Notes: a model not told the origin generated them from the sequence alone. A stretch of DNA of 64,000 nucleotides from an uncultured Methanosarcinales archaeon (GCA_964402995.1 CAYOEA010000002.1:36558-100557); one strand, 5' to 3'. Positions 19,713-29,858 are shown, counted from the stretch's first letter. Numbers and translations are program-made.

Positions 19713-20093
19713 CTATTCAAAATTAAAGTTAAACAATTTTAATTCTTCAACTTTATTGTTTTTTAAGAAAACCATTCTAATACCTAAACCTAATTTTAAA
19801 GATGAAGATAAAAGAGCCATATGCTCATCACCAGTGCCTGAAGAAAGATTAATTGCCACTTCTGAGCCTAATTTTTTATCATGAAGAGCTGCAACAATTT
19901 GATCAGAAATAATATCAGGAGATTGGTCTAAATTAAGTTGAATAAGTTCTACATTGTCTGCCTTTTGAAACTTCTCAACACCAAAAGCATTTGTAATAAG
20001 AATTACTTTATCCCATTGTTCGCCTGAAATAATACCATAGAGCTTAGCCCAGGAACCTTTTCCAGAAGATAACATTGCAAGTAGAGTTGTCAT
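19713..20093 (-). CDS. hypothetical protein, CARF-like Rossmannoid fold
   Basis: Start at ATG 20093; LAMLSSGKGSW, DKVILIT, VAINLSSGTG..HMAL pattern. Confidence 0.55.
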   Translation of the reverse strand: MTTLLAMLSSGKGSWAKLYGIISGEQWDKVILITNAFGVEKFQKADNVELIQLNLDQSPDIISDQIVAALHDKKLGSEVAINLSSGTGDEHMALLSSSLKLGLGIRMVFLKNNKVEELKLFNFNFE

Positions 20094-20278
20094 AGATAAG
20101 TATTTGAAAATTGGTTTTATAAATGTTTTGAGATAAAACTGGAAAAAAATGCTTATACATAACGATAAAATTGCTACTACGCCAAAAAAGTGACTTTTGA
20201 GCAAAATTAGAAATTTTTATAAAGGCAAAGTTTATATATATGCTATGAGTAATAAAATCAACATTCAAGGGTGGTTAA

Positions 20279-20542
20279 ATGGCCGAAGATGAAAAAAAGT
20301 TTTCAAAACAATTAATAGGAAAAACAGTAGTCTCAAAGACAGGAAAGAAATTTGGAGAAGTAGGAGATATTATCTTTGAAACAAGCTCTGGAGAATTAAT
20401 CCATATGATTCTTGCAAATCCAACATCATACACGGAAAAGCTAGAATTGGAAAAGTCAAAAGAAGGAGACATACTAATACCATTCAGTGCTGTTATCGCA
20501 ATAGGCGATTTCTTAGTAGTAGCTGAAGAGGATATAATTTAA
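20279..20542 (+). CDS. PRC-barrel domain protein (CdpB-like)
   Basis: LIGKTVVSKTGKKFGEVGDIIFETSSGEL...ILIPFSAVIAIGDFLVV. Confidence 0.88.
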   Translation: MAEDEKKFSKQLIGKTVVSKTGKKFGEVGDIIFETSSGELIHMILANPTSYTEKLELEKSKEGDILIPFSAVIAIGDFLVVAEEDII

Positions 20543-20647
20543 ATCCCAATAATTTCATTTTTTTAAATTAATTAAAATAAATATAAAAGAGTAGAATTGT
20601 TAATGGTATTCAACAACTTTATAAAGAATTCTTCATTTTAATTTTAT

Positions 20648-21607
20648 ATGAATACAGCAATTTGGACTGAAAAATACAGACCTCAAACATTCTTAGAAGT
20701 TAAAGGACAAGATGATATAGTTAAACGAATAAAGGCATTTGTAGAACAAAGAAATATGCCACATCTAATGCTCGCAGGACCTGCAGGAACTGGAAAGACA
20801 ACTTTATCCCTTGTAACTGCAAAAGAACTGTTCAAAGATAGCTGGAGAGAAAACCTTCTAGAATTAAATGCATCTGATGAAAGAGGAATAGATGTAATCA
20901 GAGTGAAAGTTAAAGATTTTGCAAGAACTAAAGCACTAGGAGATGTACCATTCAAAATTATTTATTTAGATGAGTGCGATGCTTTAACTAGAGAAGCACA
21001 GCAAGCACTTCGTCGAACTATGGAAAATTATACGCAAACTTGTAGATTTATTCTTTCATGTAACTATTCATCAAAAATTATTGATCCAATTCAATCAAGA
21101 TGTACAGTATTTAGATTTAAACCATTACCAAAAGAAGCAATCTTAGGATTAATTGACTCAATTGCATCCAATGAAGGATTAACAATTGGTGCTGAAGCAA
21201 AAGAAGTACTATATGAAATAAGTGGTGGAGATTGTAGAAAGCTTGAGAATGTATTACAATCATCAGCTGCACTAAGTAAAGATATAACTACCGCTCTTCT
21301 GTACGAAATGGCAAGCATTGCAAGGCCTAAAGAGATTGCTAACATGCTTAGTCTATGTGTGGGAAAAGACTTCTTAAAAGCAAAATCTGAGCTTATTAAA
21401 ACTATGTTAGAATATGGCTTATCAGGATTAGATGTAATTAAACAAATTCAAGCAGAAGTTTGGAAAATTGAAAATCTAGAAGATAAGAAAAAACTGGAAA
21501 TGATAAAAGAATGTGGAGAAGCTGAATTTAGAATGATTGAAGGAAGCAGCGAATTCATACAACTTGAAGCATTACTGGCAAAATTTGTTCTAATAGCAAG
21601 TGAATAA
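20648..21607 (+). CDS. rfcS: replication factor C small subunit
   Basis: WTEKYRP, GPAGTGKT, ELNASDERG, LDECD, SRC motif. Confidence 0.97.
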   Translation: MNTAIWTEKYRPQTFLEVKGQDDIVKRIKAFVEQRNMPHLMLAGPAGTGKTTLSLVTAKELFKDSWRENLLELNASDERGIDVIRVKVKDFARTKALGDVPFKIIYLDECDALTREAQQALRRTMENYTQTCRFILSCNYSSKIIDPIQSRCTVFRFKPLPKEAILGLIDSIASNEGLTIGAEAKEVLYEISGGDCRKLENVLQSSAALSKDITTALLYEMASIARPKEIANMLSLCVGKDFLKAKSELIKTMLEYGLSGLDVIKQIQAEVWKIENLEDKKKLEMIKECGEAEFRMIEGSSEFIQLEALLAKFVLIASE

Positions 21608-21637
21608 GATATAATTAAATAGGTTATTGTTCTTTTT

Positions 21638-22162
21638 ATGTTTATGTTAGTTTTAATTTATGGAAATTTAGGAAGTGGAAAATCAACCCTTGCTAAAAAA
21701 TTTTGTAAGGAAGAAAACTTTATTCTAATTCGATTTGATGAAATGATGTTTAAGTATAAAGATAGAGTTTATTCTAAAGATGATGATTTTTTACTTGGAA
21801 AAGAAGATATACTCTTGGTTTATGAAGATATGCATAAACTTGCTTTAAAAGAATTGAAGAAAGGTAAAAGTGTGGTTTTAGAATCTTTGTATATGAAAGC
21901 ACAAAGAGAAAAAGCTAGAAAAATTGCAAAAAATATTAGTGTGGATTTTAAAGTTGTAGAAGTGTATTGTGATGAAACAAAAATTAAAAAAAGATTGACA
22001 CTAAGAAAAAAAGAAGATCCACAAACACCAGGATTTAAACTTTATTTAGAATATAAAAAATTATTAGATGTAGAAGATGATTGTATAAAAATTGATACTA
22101 GTTCTAAAAATGTAGCTGATTGTTATAAACAATTAGTTCAAGAAATAAAAAGAAAAGAATAA
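21638..22162 (+). CDS. P-loop nucleotide kinase-like protein (AAA_33 type)
   Basis: Walker A GNLGSGKS right after the first strand, SVVLES, lid R...R. Confidence 0.75.
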   Translation: MFMLVLIYGNLGSGKSTLAKKFCKEENFILIRFDEMMFKYKDRVYSKDDDFLLGKEDILLVYEDMHKLALKELKKGKSVVLESLYMKAQREKARKIAKNISVDFKVVEVYCDETKIKKRLTLRKKEDPQTPGFKLYLEYKKLLDVEDDCIKIDTSSKNVADCYKQLVQEIKRKE

Positions 22163-22188
22163 AAAAAATAAAGAAAAAATAAATTAAT

Positions 22189-23148
22189 TTAGTTAATGTG
22201 TTTTACTAAGACATTAGTTGAAACTGATTCTTCATAACCATAGTCAATAGTAACATCAACAACTTTAACTTTATCAATTAATTCAAGAACAGGTTGAGTA
22301 CATCTAACTTGTCTTTCACCAGCAGTTAATCGGATTTCTCCTCCATAACCGGTAGTTCCAACAGTAACTCCACCATTCATACCAGTACATGTTAAACCAG
22401 CCATACCAGCATCAACAGTAAGATATAACTTATTTTCATAAATAGGAGCATCATCACAACTAACACTTGCTCTTGAAAGTTTACCATTACCAATGTTCTT
22501 AACAGTTAAAGTAAAAGTTACTTTATCAGCGCCAGCAGTATACTCATCAAAACCTACAACTTGAATAGGTCCGCCTGAGTTCTGAACATTTTTAGCTCCA
22601 GAAACAACACACACATCAAGATTTTGTGAATCTAAAAGATCTTCTTTAATACATAAAGGTGCTGTAGCTTTAGTTTGATAATTGTAACAAACATCAACCA
22701 TGAAAGGGAATGCATTGTTTCCTGAAAGAGAATTTTGGAAATTCAATTCACCAGTAGTTGGAATTGTAACATAAACAGGTGGTGAAGTAATAGCTGCACC
22801 AGAATCTGGATTGATTTCATTTCTTAAGATATCCTCTAAAGGATGAACTTGAGCAATAACAGCAGAAGTTACACCAAAATCAGCAGGATCAAATCCTTTA
22901 AGTGATAAAGTGATATCTTCTTTTGCAATTTCATATTCTCCTTCATTCTCTAACTTAATAGTTACTAAGAATGGATTTTCTCCGCCATCAGTTACTTCCG
23001 CAGGAGGTTCACCCTCAGCAAAAGCAATAATCAGGCCTGTAGTTCCGCCTAAAAAAGTTCTTTCATTTGAAGCAACTGTTCCGCCACTATTAGTACAGGA
23101 CGCAAGTGCCAATAAAAGGACTAAAACGATAATTAATTCTTTTTTCAT
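22189..23148 (-). CDS. putative lipoprotein, shared Cys-containing beta-rich family (member 1)
   Basis: Lipobox LALASC; CYNYQT...LCI, SGGPIQV, KNIGNG, IDYGY. Confidence 0.75.
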   Translation of the reverse strand: MKKELIIVLVLLLALASCTNSGGTVASNERTFLGGTTGLIIAFAEGEPPAEVTDGGENPFLVTIKLENEGEYEIAKEDITLSLKGFDPADFGVTSAVIAQVHPLEDILRNEINPDSGAAITSPPVYVTIPTTGELNFQNSLSGNNAFPFMVDVCYNYQTKATAPLCIKEDLLDSQNLDVCVVSGAKNVQNSGGPIQVVGFDEYTAGADKVTFTLTVKNIGNGKLSRASVSCDDAPIYENKLYLTVDAGMAGLTCTGMNGGVTVGTTGYGGEIRLTAGERQVRCTQPVLELIDKVKVVDVTIDYGYEESVSTNVLVKHIN

Positions 23149-23209
23149 TTTGTTTTTTAAACCTCCGATATATAAAATAAATACGTGTGAATGTAAATGT
23201 TAAAAATTA

Positions 23210-24505
23210 TTAGCCAGCTCTTTTTATCCTAACATCTCTTCTTTGACTTTCTGAGTACCCATACCAAAGTTCAATGATTAAAGGAGCTTTGTAAGCTGAT
23301 TTTGCAGTGGCATATTCCATATCATAAGTGCAAGTAAATTGACCTCTACCATTAATCATTCTAATAACATAATTATCAGGCGAACATCTTAATTTGAAAG
23401 GACTACCTGACATACGAATATCACCAATGAAAACTATATCTAAATCTTGAGCACCAAGACGACCAGGATAATAAGGACTACATAACTCTAAATGTAATGG
23501 ATTGATAACTTTACCATCACCAACATTAGCTACATCAATATTGAAAATAACACTTCTAGGTGTGCTTTCTTGACTAACGCCAGTAATTGCAACTGGACCA
23601 CCTTGTGAACGAGACATTTGAACCGAACCTGGAACACAAGCTTTTGCTGTTTCAGAGTATGGATCAGGATCTATGCAAACAATAGGGGCTGCGTAAGTTG
23701 AATAAGCGTAACAAGTTGTGAAAAGGAAAGTTACATCTGTAGAATCAAGTCCTGCAGGCCAAGTTTTAATTTCACTAGGGAAAGATATAACAGTTGATTC
23801 TCCGCCTGGATAATTATAATTATCAGGAGCTAACAAGAAAGACTTACCATTAAATCTATCAAATGAAACCTGATCTAAAATCATTAACAAACCTCTACCA
23901 TGATGAATAAAATTAAGACTGAAACCAGACAAATCCATGTTAAAAGCACCAGTTGACCAATCATAAGCAATATCTAATTCAGGAAGACCTTCACATTCGC
24001 TAGTTGTAAGAATATTACAGAAAGCATCAATTAAATTATCAAGACCAAAACCATCAGTACCAAGATAACCTCCGCCATCGTCGCCAAAAGTACAACCAAT
24101 CAGACCAGATATTGATTCAAAATTAGTGAAAGAAAAACTACTAAAATCAAGTTGACAATGATCAAAAAAACCACCAAGTGTTCTTGGAATATTCATCCCA
24201 TCTACATTAATAAGTGAAGGATCATAACCAGAAACATATAAACCTCCTCGAGTCCAGGAAGCACCAACATTTCTTAATACAACAGATATATCAAAACCAT
24301 TATATTCAGGACCTTGCGCATTACCATAATAATATAATCTTGAAGGAGGAGCACCAGGTTCTACAATCATACGAATACCCTCTGAACCTTGATAATAATT
24401 TTCAGTTTTAGGGTTAGAATTTGGATTTTGTCCACCTATACCACTACAAGAAGAAAGGAGTAAAGATAATATTAAAAGACTAATTATAAATAGTTTCCTC
24501 GACAT
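23210..24505 (-). CDS. putative lipoprotein, same family (member 2)
   Basis: Lipobox LLSSC; CYAYST...VCID, QGGPVAI, ANVGDG, LWYGY. Start set at MSRKLF. Confidence 0.75.
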   Translation of the reverse strand: MSRKLFIISLLILSLLLSSCSGIGGQNPNSNPKTENYYQGSEGIRMIVEPGAPPSRLYYYGNAQGPEYNGFDISVVLRNVGASWTRGGLYVSGYDPSLINVDGMNIPRTLGGFFDHCQLDFSSFSFTNFESISGLIGCTFGDDGGGYLGTDGFGLDNLIDAFCNILTTSECEGLPELDIAYDWSTGAFNMDLSGFSLNFIHHGRGLLMILDQVSFDRFNGKSFLLAPDNYNYPGGESTVISFPSEIKTWPAGLDSTDVTFLFTTCYAYSTYAAPIVCIDPDPYSETAKACVPGSVQMSRSQGGPVAITGVSQESTPRSVIFNIDVANVGDGKVINPLHLELCSPYYPGRLGAQDLDIVFIGDIRMSGSPFKLRCSPDNYVIRMINGRGQFTCTYDMEYATAKSAYKAPLIIELWYGYSESQRRDVRIKRAG

Positions 24506-24636
24506 ATACAGTATATCTTGCACTATGAATATATAAGTTTTTCTAAGATTTAGTAGTAAAAATGTTAAAAAAAGGCAAAATGCCTAAGTTTTGACAAACA
24601 TAAACTAAACTTGTTGAATAAAAATAATTTAAGAAA

Positions 24637-26598
24637 TTATACATTCTCATAACAATTGTTTGATGTTGAATTAAAAGCACAAGAACGAAATTTACAAGAA
24701 TCATTTGAACAAGAATCTTCATCAGACCCGTAAGAAGAACAAGTAGTTCCACAAACAGTACAAATATCTGAAGAATAGCTCCAATAATGATCCGAAGGAG
24801 GATTAAAGTTACATGGATTATCATCACACTCTTCAAAAGAATAATAATCAATTCCCATACTACAATCCAAACATTTACTATGATCTAAAGACCAAAACCT
24901 TGAACCTGTAAACTCACAAGGATTATCATCACATTCAGACCTACTATAATCGTAAGTAATAACTGGTGGAGAAAGTATTTTTTTAACTTCTGAACAATCA
25001 AAACATTGAGTTTGATCTTTGGACCAATAAGTTTTTGCTTCTACTACCTCACAAGGATCAGTTTCACAAATACCTTCAATAACATAATCTTTTGCCTCAT
25101 CAGTACCAGAACAAGAGTAACATGCACCTTTACCTAAACCAGGATCAAACCAAATACATTCACTTGGAAATCCGCAAGAATCTTTTTCACAAGAATCTTC
25201 ATTATCATAAACCATGCATTTATTTGTATTTTTTTCAGGACAAGCATTACATCTATCTTTACCAGATGTAGTCCAATGACAATCAGAAGTTTTTACACTA
25301 CAAACATTCGCACTACAATCTATTTCTCCATCATAAGAACCGCAATAAGATACTTTGTCACATTTTGAACAACAAACAAAGCTATCAGCACAATAATTAG
25401 TTTCTGTAATGCAATCACTAAAAGAAATTGTTCCAATAGAAGTATCTCCATTAATTAAAGTAGTATTATCAATACAAGACCAATCAGATTCTTTAAAAGC
25501 ATCACCACATTCAAGATAACCTTTTGAGCAAGCTTCACATTTAGACACACAACCATTCCCAACAGGGTATTCATAAGGCTTACAATTTTGAATTTTTGAG
25601 ATATTTCCAAAATAATGACCATCCCAAGTTCTAATAATTTCAACATCTTGAGATAAAATGTTTATATAATTAAAATCGATTTGAACATCTAAATTTGTTA
25701 GGTAATTTAAATTTTGATTGTAACCTTGATTATATTCACAAAGAAGATGTATTTCATTATCCTTAAATCTAAAAGCATAAGGATCATTAGCAGATCTACA
25801 AGTTAATTCTTCCCCACCTAAAGTAGCCTTTATATTAACTGTATCCCAAAGTGCTCTATTTGTTGACTGTGCATAACCACAATCTTGATCAGGAGATACA
25901 ACAGATCCTTTACCAACATTTGATACAGTCATAAAGAAAACAGGTTTAAGATATTGTCCAAAATTTATTAATTCATAATGTAACTCGGTAATTGCAACTG
26001 GTGAGCCTTGACCTGAAGAATAAGTTTTATCTTGAACCTCGCAAGCTTTAGTTCTAATATCGTCAATAGTATAAGTATCAATACAAACTTCATCAGATAG
26101 AACTGTTCTATAAGGATAACAAATAGCAACATAAAGCTCAGTCCCAGGACTTTCTTTTTGTCCCTTAATTGTCTTTGCAGTAAGTCGTGGTAAATAATGG
26201 TAAATTGAGTCACCTTTAGGAAAAATAGGTGATTTTCCTTCAAGAGTTATTTTCTGCCAATCAGCAGCAAGACTGTTTAATGTTTGAATTGATTTTGTTC
26301 CATTAAAATAAAATTCATCAAACTCCCAAGTAATCAAAGCAGGTTTTGATGTATTAATTGAGAATGCACCTTTGTTTGAAATTAAAAGACCAACAGGAAA
26401 CTCAGAATCTTCACGAACTTGATCAGGAGGTGAATTTCTTAAAAATTCAAAAACTAAACCATCTTTTCCTGAATTAAAATTTATATCTTTAACATTTGGA
26501 TCATAATTATTACTGCCAGAGCCATTTTGACCAGCACCACATGCAGTAAGCATAAACATAGAGATAAATAGTATTAATAATAGTGATAGTTTTTTCAT
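24637..26598 (-). CDS. putative lipoprotein, same family (member 3), with a Cys-rich repeat tail
   Basis: Lipobox MLTAC; CYPYRT...VCID, QGSPVAI, SNVGKG; C-terminal half is densely Cys-rich. Confidence 0.75.
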   Translation of the reverse strand: MKKLSLLLILFISMFMLTACGAGQNGSGSNNYDPNVKDINFNSGKDGLVFEFLRNSPPDQVREDSEFPVGLLISNKGAFSINTSKPALITWEFDEFYFNGTKSIQTLNSLAADWQKITLEGKSPIFPKGDSIYHYLPRLTAKTIKGQKESPGTELYVAICYPYRTVLSDEVCIDTYTIDDIRTKACEVQDKTYSSGQGSPVAITELHYELINFGQYLKPVFFMTVSNVGKGSVVSPDQDCGYAQSTNRALWDTVNIKATLGGEELTCRSANDPYAFRFKDNEIHLLCEYNQGYNQNLNYLTNLDVQIDFNYINILSQDVEIIRTWDGHYFGNISKIQNCKPYEYPVGNGCVSKCEACSKGYLECGDAFKESDWSCIDNTTLINGDTSIGTISFSDCITETNYCADSFVCCSKCDKVSYCGSYDGEIDCSANVCSVKTSDCHWTTSGKDRCNACPEKNTNKCMVYDNEDSCEKDSCGFPSECIWFDPGLGKGACYSCSGTDEAKDYVIEGICETDPCEVVEAKTYWSKDQTQCFDCSEVKKILSPPVITYDYSRSECDDNPCEFTGSRFWSLDHSKCLDCSMGIDYYSFEECDDNPCNFNPPSDHYWSYSSDICTVCGTTCSSYGSDEDSCSNDSCKFRSCAFNSTSNNCYENV

Positions 26599-28532
26599 TA
26601 TCGAACCCTCATTTGAGTGCCTTTCTTTAAAGTATAAGCATAATCAACATTAACAGCAACTGTTACAGTACGTTTATCCATAGTACTTCCAGATAAAAAA
26701 CTATTCAGACCATTCTTTGCAACTAAATCACAAGAAACCGCATCTATTTTATAATCTAACAATCCGCCTGCGCCAAGAAAAGCAACTCCAAATGAATAAG
26801 TGTTTTCAATTGGATCGTGATAAATTGGATCATAAGTACAATTAATTAGTTCAGTATCTGAAGGAACAGTAACAGTTAATGAACGAATATAATTTAATTT
26901 TCCTTGAGGCCAAACATTCTCTAATTGAACGGTAAATAAATGAATAAAATTATTCTCATCATCTAAATCAGTAGGCATGTCTAAACCAATAGGTAGATTT
27001 TTCTTAGATAAACGAATAGCTATCGGACCATCAGAAGAACTTGCTTCTGCAACACGAGTTTTCAAATCTAAAAAATTGTAAATATCTTTTCCTTTCTTAC
27101 CAATAACCACGTTATCAGTGTATACATAGGCAACTGTTGATGTTTGAGTAAAGAAAAATGAAATCTCAAAAAACATATTATGATACCCTGGTTTTATAGT
27201 ACCATTTCCAAATCTACATCTTAACTCATCAGATCCTTCATAAATAATAGTTGACTTTGCAGGACTAACCATGCCAAAAATTTTAAGTTTATCTTTTTCA
27301 ATATAACAAGAATGATAAGTTTGAACCGCTCCTTCAAAACTCTTTGCACTAATATCAGCCAAAACATCTATTTTTTTATTAGCATATAATGTCTCAGATA
27401 AAATACGAACATTAGTTAAATAAATACCTGGTTGTTCACCTTCATTATTTTCAGTTGTAGAACCATATGGATCATAAGCAATAGTATCATTAATTTTATT
27501 TTTAAAATTTTTAAATCCTGAATTAATTGAATCAGCTACTTGCTTTGCATTGCCCCAAACAAAATCTTTAGCGACATACAAACCACTCATAGTATCTGAG
27601 CCTTCAACATTAATATTAGGTGAAACATCACTTGCAAAAGCATCAGATGTTAATAATTGAATACATAAAAGTAATATAAATAATTTGAGAATTCCAGTGC
27701 CCCATTTATGAATCTTAGAATCAGGTTCAGAAGTATAAACTAAATACCAAGGCCAAACTGGAAAGAATATTAAGAGGCTAATTAAAGTTGTATTTCCTTT
27801 AGCAAAATAAGTCACTAATGGAGGAACAGCCAAAGCTGCTAACGATACAAAAATTATTGTCCAGGTTGTAGAAGATAAACCTGATTTGTAAATAAAAGTT
27901 ACTGCAACAAAAGTCAAACCTAAATATAAAAGAATAATAGGAATAATTGAAGATGGATTTCGACCAAAATTAAATATAAAAGCATCTGCTGCATGTAAAA
28001 GTAAAGTTAAGAGTAAAAAAAAACCAATATTAGAAGTTGTACCAGATGATTCTCCAGATGACTTGACTGAATTAGCAGCACCTTTTGCCAAACCTTTAGC
28101 TTTTGAACCTAAAAATTTAGTAAGAGCAAAAGCTCCACCACCAACAATAGCCCCTACTTTTAGGGCTTTACCTAAACCTTTCTTTACTTTATCAGATTTA
28201 GATGAACCAGATGAACTAGGGGAATCAGATGAACCAGAACCGCTGCTTGTTTTAATATTACTTAAATCAATACCTGAAATGATTGATTCATAAGAAGATT
28301 TATCTGCACCTGCAGCTTCAAGTTCTGAAAGGATATTTTTTATTTCGGTTTTATCTTTATTTGCATTCTCTGCATACAATTTCGCCATGCTAGAATCTTC
28401 TTTTCTTTGGGAAGAAATATACTTTTCTTCATTATATTGTAAACTACTAACTGCTGGATATAAATCATTAATTAACTTAGAATGGTCTGCATTACTAGAA
28501 GTGTTCTCACCACCTTCTTGATCTTCGGACAT
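26598..28532 (-). CDS. polytopic membrane protein with a diverged copy of the same extracellular domain
   Basis: Soluble N-terminus, Ser linker, Gly/Ala-rich segment, about 5 TM helices, then SDGPIAI...FTVQLEN...VSCDL...VDYAY. Confidence 0.7.
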   Translation of the reverse strand: MSEDQEGGENTSSNADHSKLINDLYPAVSSLQYNEEKYISSQRKEDSSMAKLYAENANKDKTEIKNILSELEAAGADKSSYESIISGIDLSNIKTSSGSGSSDSPSSSGSSKSDKVKKGLGKALKVGAIVGGGAFALTKFLGSKAKGLAKGAANSVKSSGESSGTTSNIGFFLLLTLLLHAADAFIFNFGRNPSSIIPIILLYLGLTFVAVTFIYKSGLSSTTWTIIFVSLAALAVPPLVTYFAKGNTTLISLLIFFPVWPWYLVYTSEPDSKIHKWGTGILKLFILLLCIQLLTSDAFASDVSPNINVEGSDTMSGLYVAKDFVWGNAKQVADSINSGFKNFKNKINDTIAYDPYGSTTENNEGEQPGIYLTNVRILSETLYANKKIDVLADISAKSFEGAVQTYHSCYIEKDKLKIFGMVSPAKSTIIYEGSDELRCRFGNGTIKPGYHNMFFEISFFFTQTSTVAYVYTDNVVIGKKGKDIYNFLDLKTRVAEASSSDGPIAIRLSKKNLPIGLDMPTDLDDENNFIHLFTVQLENVWPQGKLNYIRSLTVTVPSDTELINCTYDPIYHDPIENTYSFGVAFLGAGGLLDYKIDAVSCDLVAKNGLNSFLSGSTMDKRTVTVAVNVDYAYTLKKGTQMRVR

Positions 28533-28539
28533 GATAAAA

Positions 28540-29733
28540 TTAATCCTCCTCTACTACAACTCGCAGTTCAGCTATATCAACAGAACTAGTAGGAATTAAT
28601 TCAATAGAATTTGTTCCTGGTTTAATATAATCATCCAATACTTTTTCATATGATAGTTCATCAGTGCTAATATGTTTTCTAACACCATTAATGATATATT
28701 CTAATTTCTTTTCATCATCATTAACAAATCTAACTTCCATAGTTATATTATAGTCTTCATCAAGTTCATTAGTATAATTTCCATCAAAGAAAATATCTTC
28801 ATCAACTTCAAAATAATAAACAGGATAAATCATTTCTTCAAGTCTTGTTGTGACAGAAACTCTATCAATAAGATATGAACCTTCTGAAACAATAAATTCT
28901 AATTCATTTTTATCTACCATAGCTTCGTCTTTATCAAGAGCAATAACCTGATAAACACCACAATCACCAAGACCAGAATAAGCTTCTTCACCATTAAAAT
29001 AAATCTTTAAAGTTCCTGCATCTGCAAGGCTACAATCAGGATCAAATCTGAATTTAATTTCTTCAATATTCCTATATTCTGTTTCTGAAAGATAAAAGAA
29101 TTGTCTGCTTCTACTATTTGTTAAATCTAAAACTTGACCAATAATACTAAGATCAGTTAATTCATAACGATTCGTTCTCCAGAACGCAAAACCAGGACTT
29201 GAAACTCTAAAAGTTAAAAGATTTTCATCATCTAAATAATCTTGCGGCAACATGATAGGGTTTGGTGTGCCCTTAGCGATTTTGCCATTAAATATTTCAT
29301 AACCATTAAGGAAGACTTCAAGATTTCCTAAAGATTCTTTTACATTAAAAGATAAAGCCATATCAGTTGTTAATCTCTTTTTAATTTCAAAAGAAAGATT
29401 AAACTCTTTTGTGCCTGAAAGACCTTTTTGAACATAAATAGATTTAATTGTTTTAATATTAGTGCCAACATTTTCCGCATTTATCCTAAATGAAGGTAAA
29501 TCATGTTCTCGATAATCAAATTTTAAGTAATCTAAACGACCAACACGTTCTTTAAGCAATAATGGATCATAGTCAATATCATCATCATCTGAACCAGAAG
29601 TATAATTTTCTTCACCTAAAAGTAGGGCTCTTTCCTCAGGAGGAAGTAATAAAATATATAGAACCATGATGACTCCAATAAGAATCAATAGAACAGCCGC
29701 ACTACCCGCTGCTTTTCCTTTTTTGTTATACAT
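28540..29733 (-). CDS. hypothetical acidic beta-rich protein with a class III (prepilin-like) N-terminus
   Basis: MYNKKG followed by a hydrophobic helix; repeated x-NG...N-x-L/I-x-F/L beta-sandwich-like units. Confidence 0.65.
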   Translation of the reverse strand: MYNKKGKAAGSAAVLLILIGVIMVLYILLLPPEERALLLGEENYTSGSDDDDIDYDPLLLKERVGRLDYLKFDYREHDLPSFRINAENVGTNIKTIKSIYVQKGLSGTKEFNLSFEIKKRLTTDMALSFNVKESLGNLEVFLNGYEIFNGKIAKGTPNPIMLPQDYLDDENLLTFRVSSPGFAFWRTNRYELTDLSIIGQVLDLTNSRSRQFFYLSETEYRNIEEIKFRFDPDCSLADAGTLKIYFNGEEAYSGLGDCGVYQVIALDKDEAMVDKNELEFIVSEGSYLIDRVSVTTRLEEMIYPVYYFEVDEDIFFDGNYTNELDEDYNITMEVRFVNDDEKKLEYIINGVRKHISTDELSYEKVLDDYIKPGTNSIELIPTSSVDIAELRVVVEED

Positions 29734-29858
29734 GAGTTTAAATACTATAATTACAATATATAAATTTATTGGTTTTGTACGACGCTAAAAAAACATATAA
29801 ACTAAGAACAATAACAAAGTAATATAAAACAAAAATACTTGATAATAACTAATAAAAA

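Noticed and set aside
22189-29733. Prophage or integrated element explanation for the hypothetical-gene cluster
   Set aside because: No integrase, transposase, att repeats or capsid/terminase motifs; base composition resembles neighbouring minus-strand genes.
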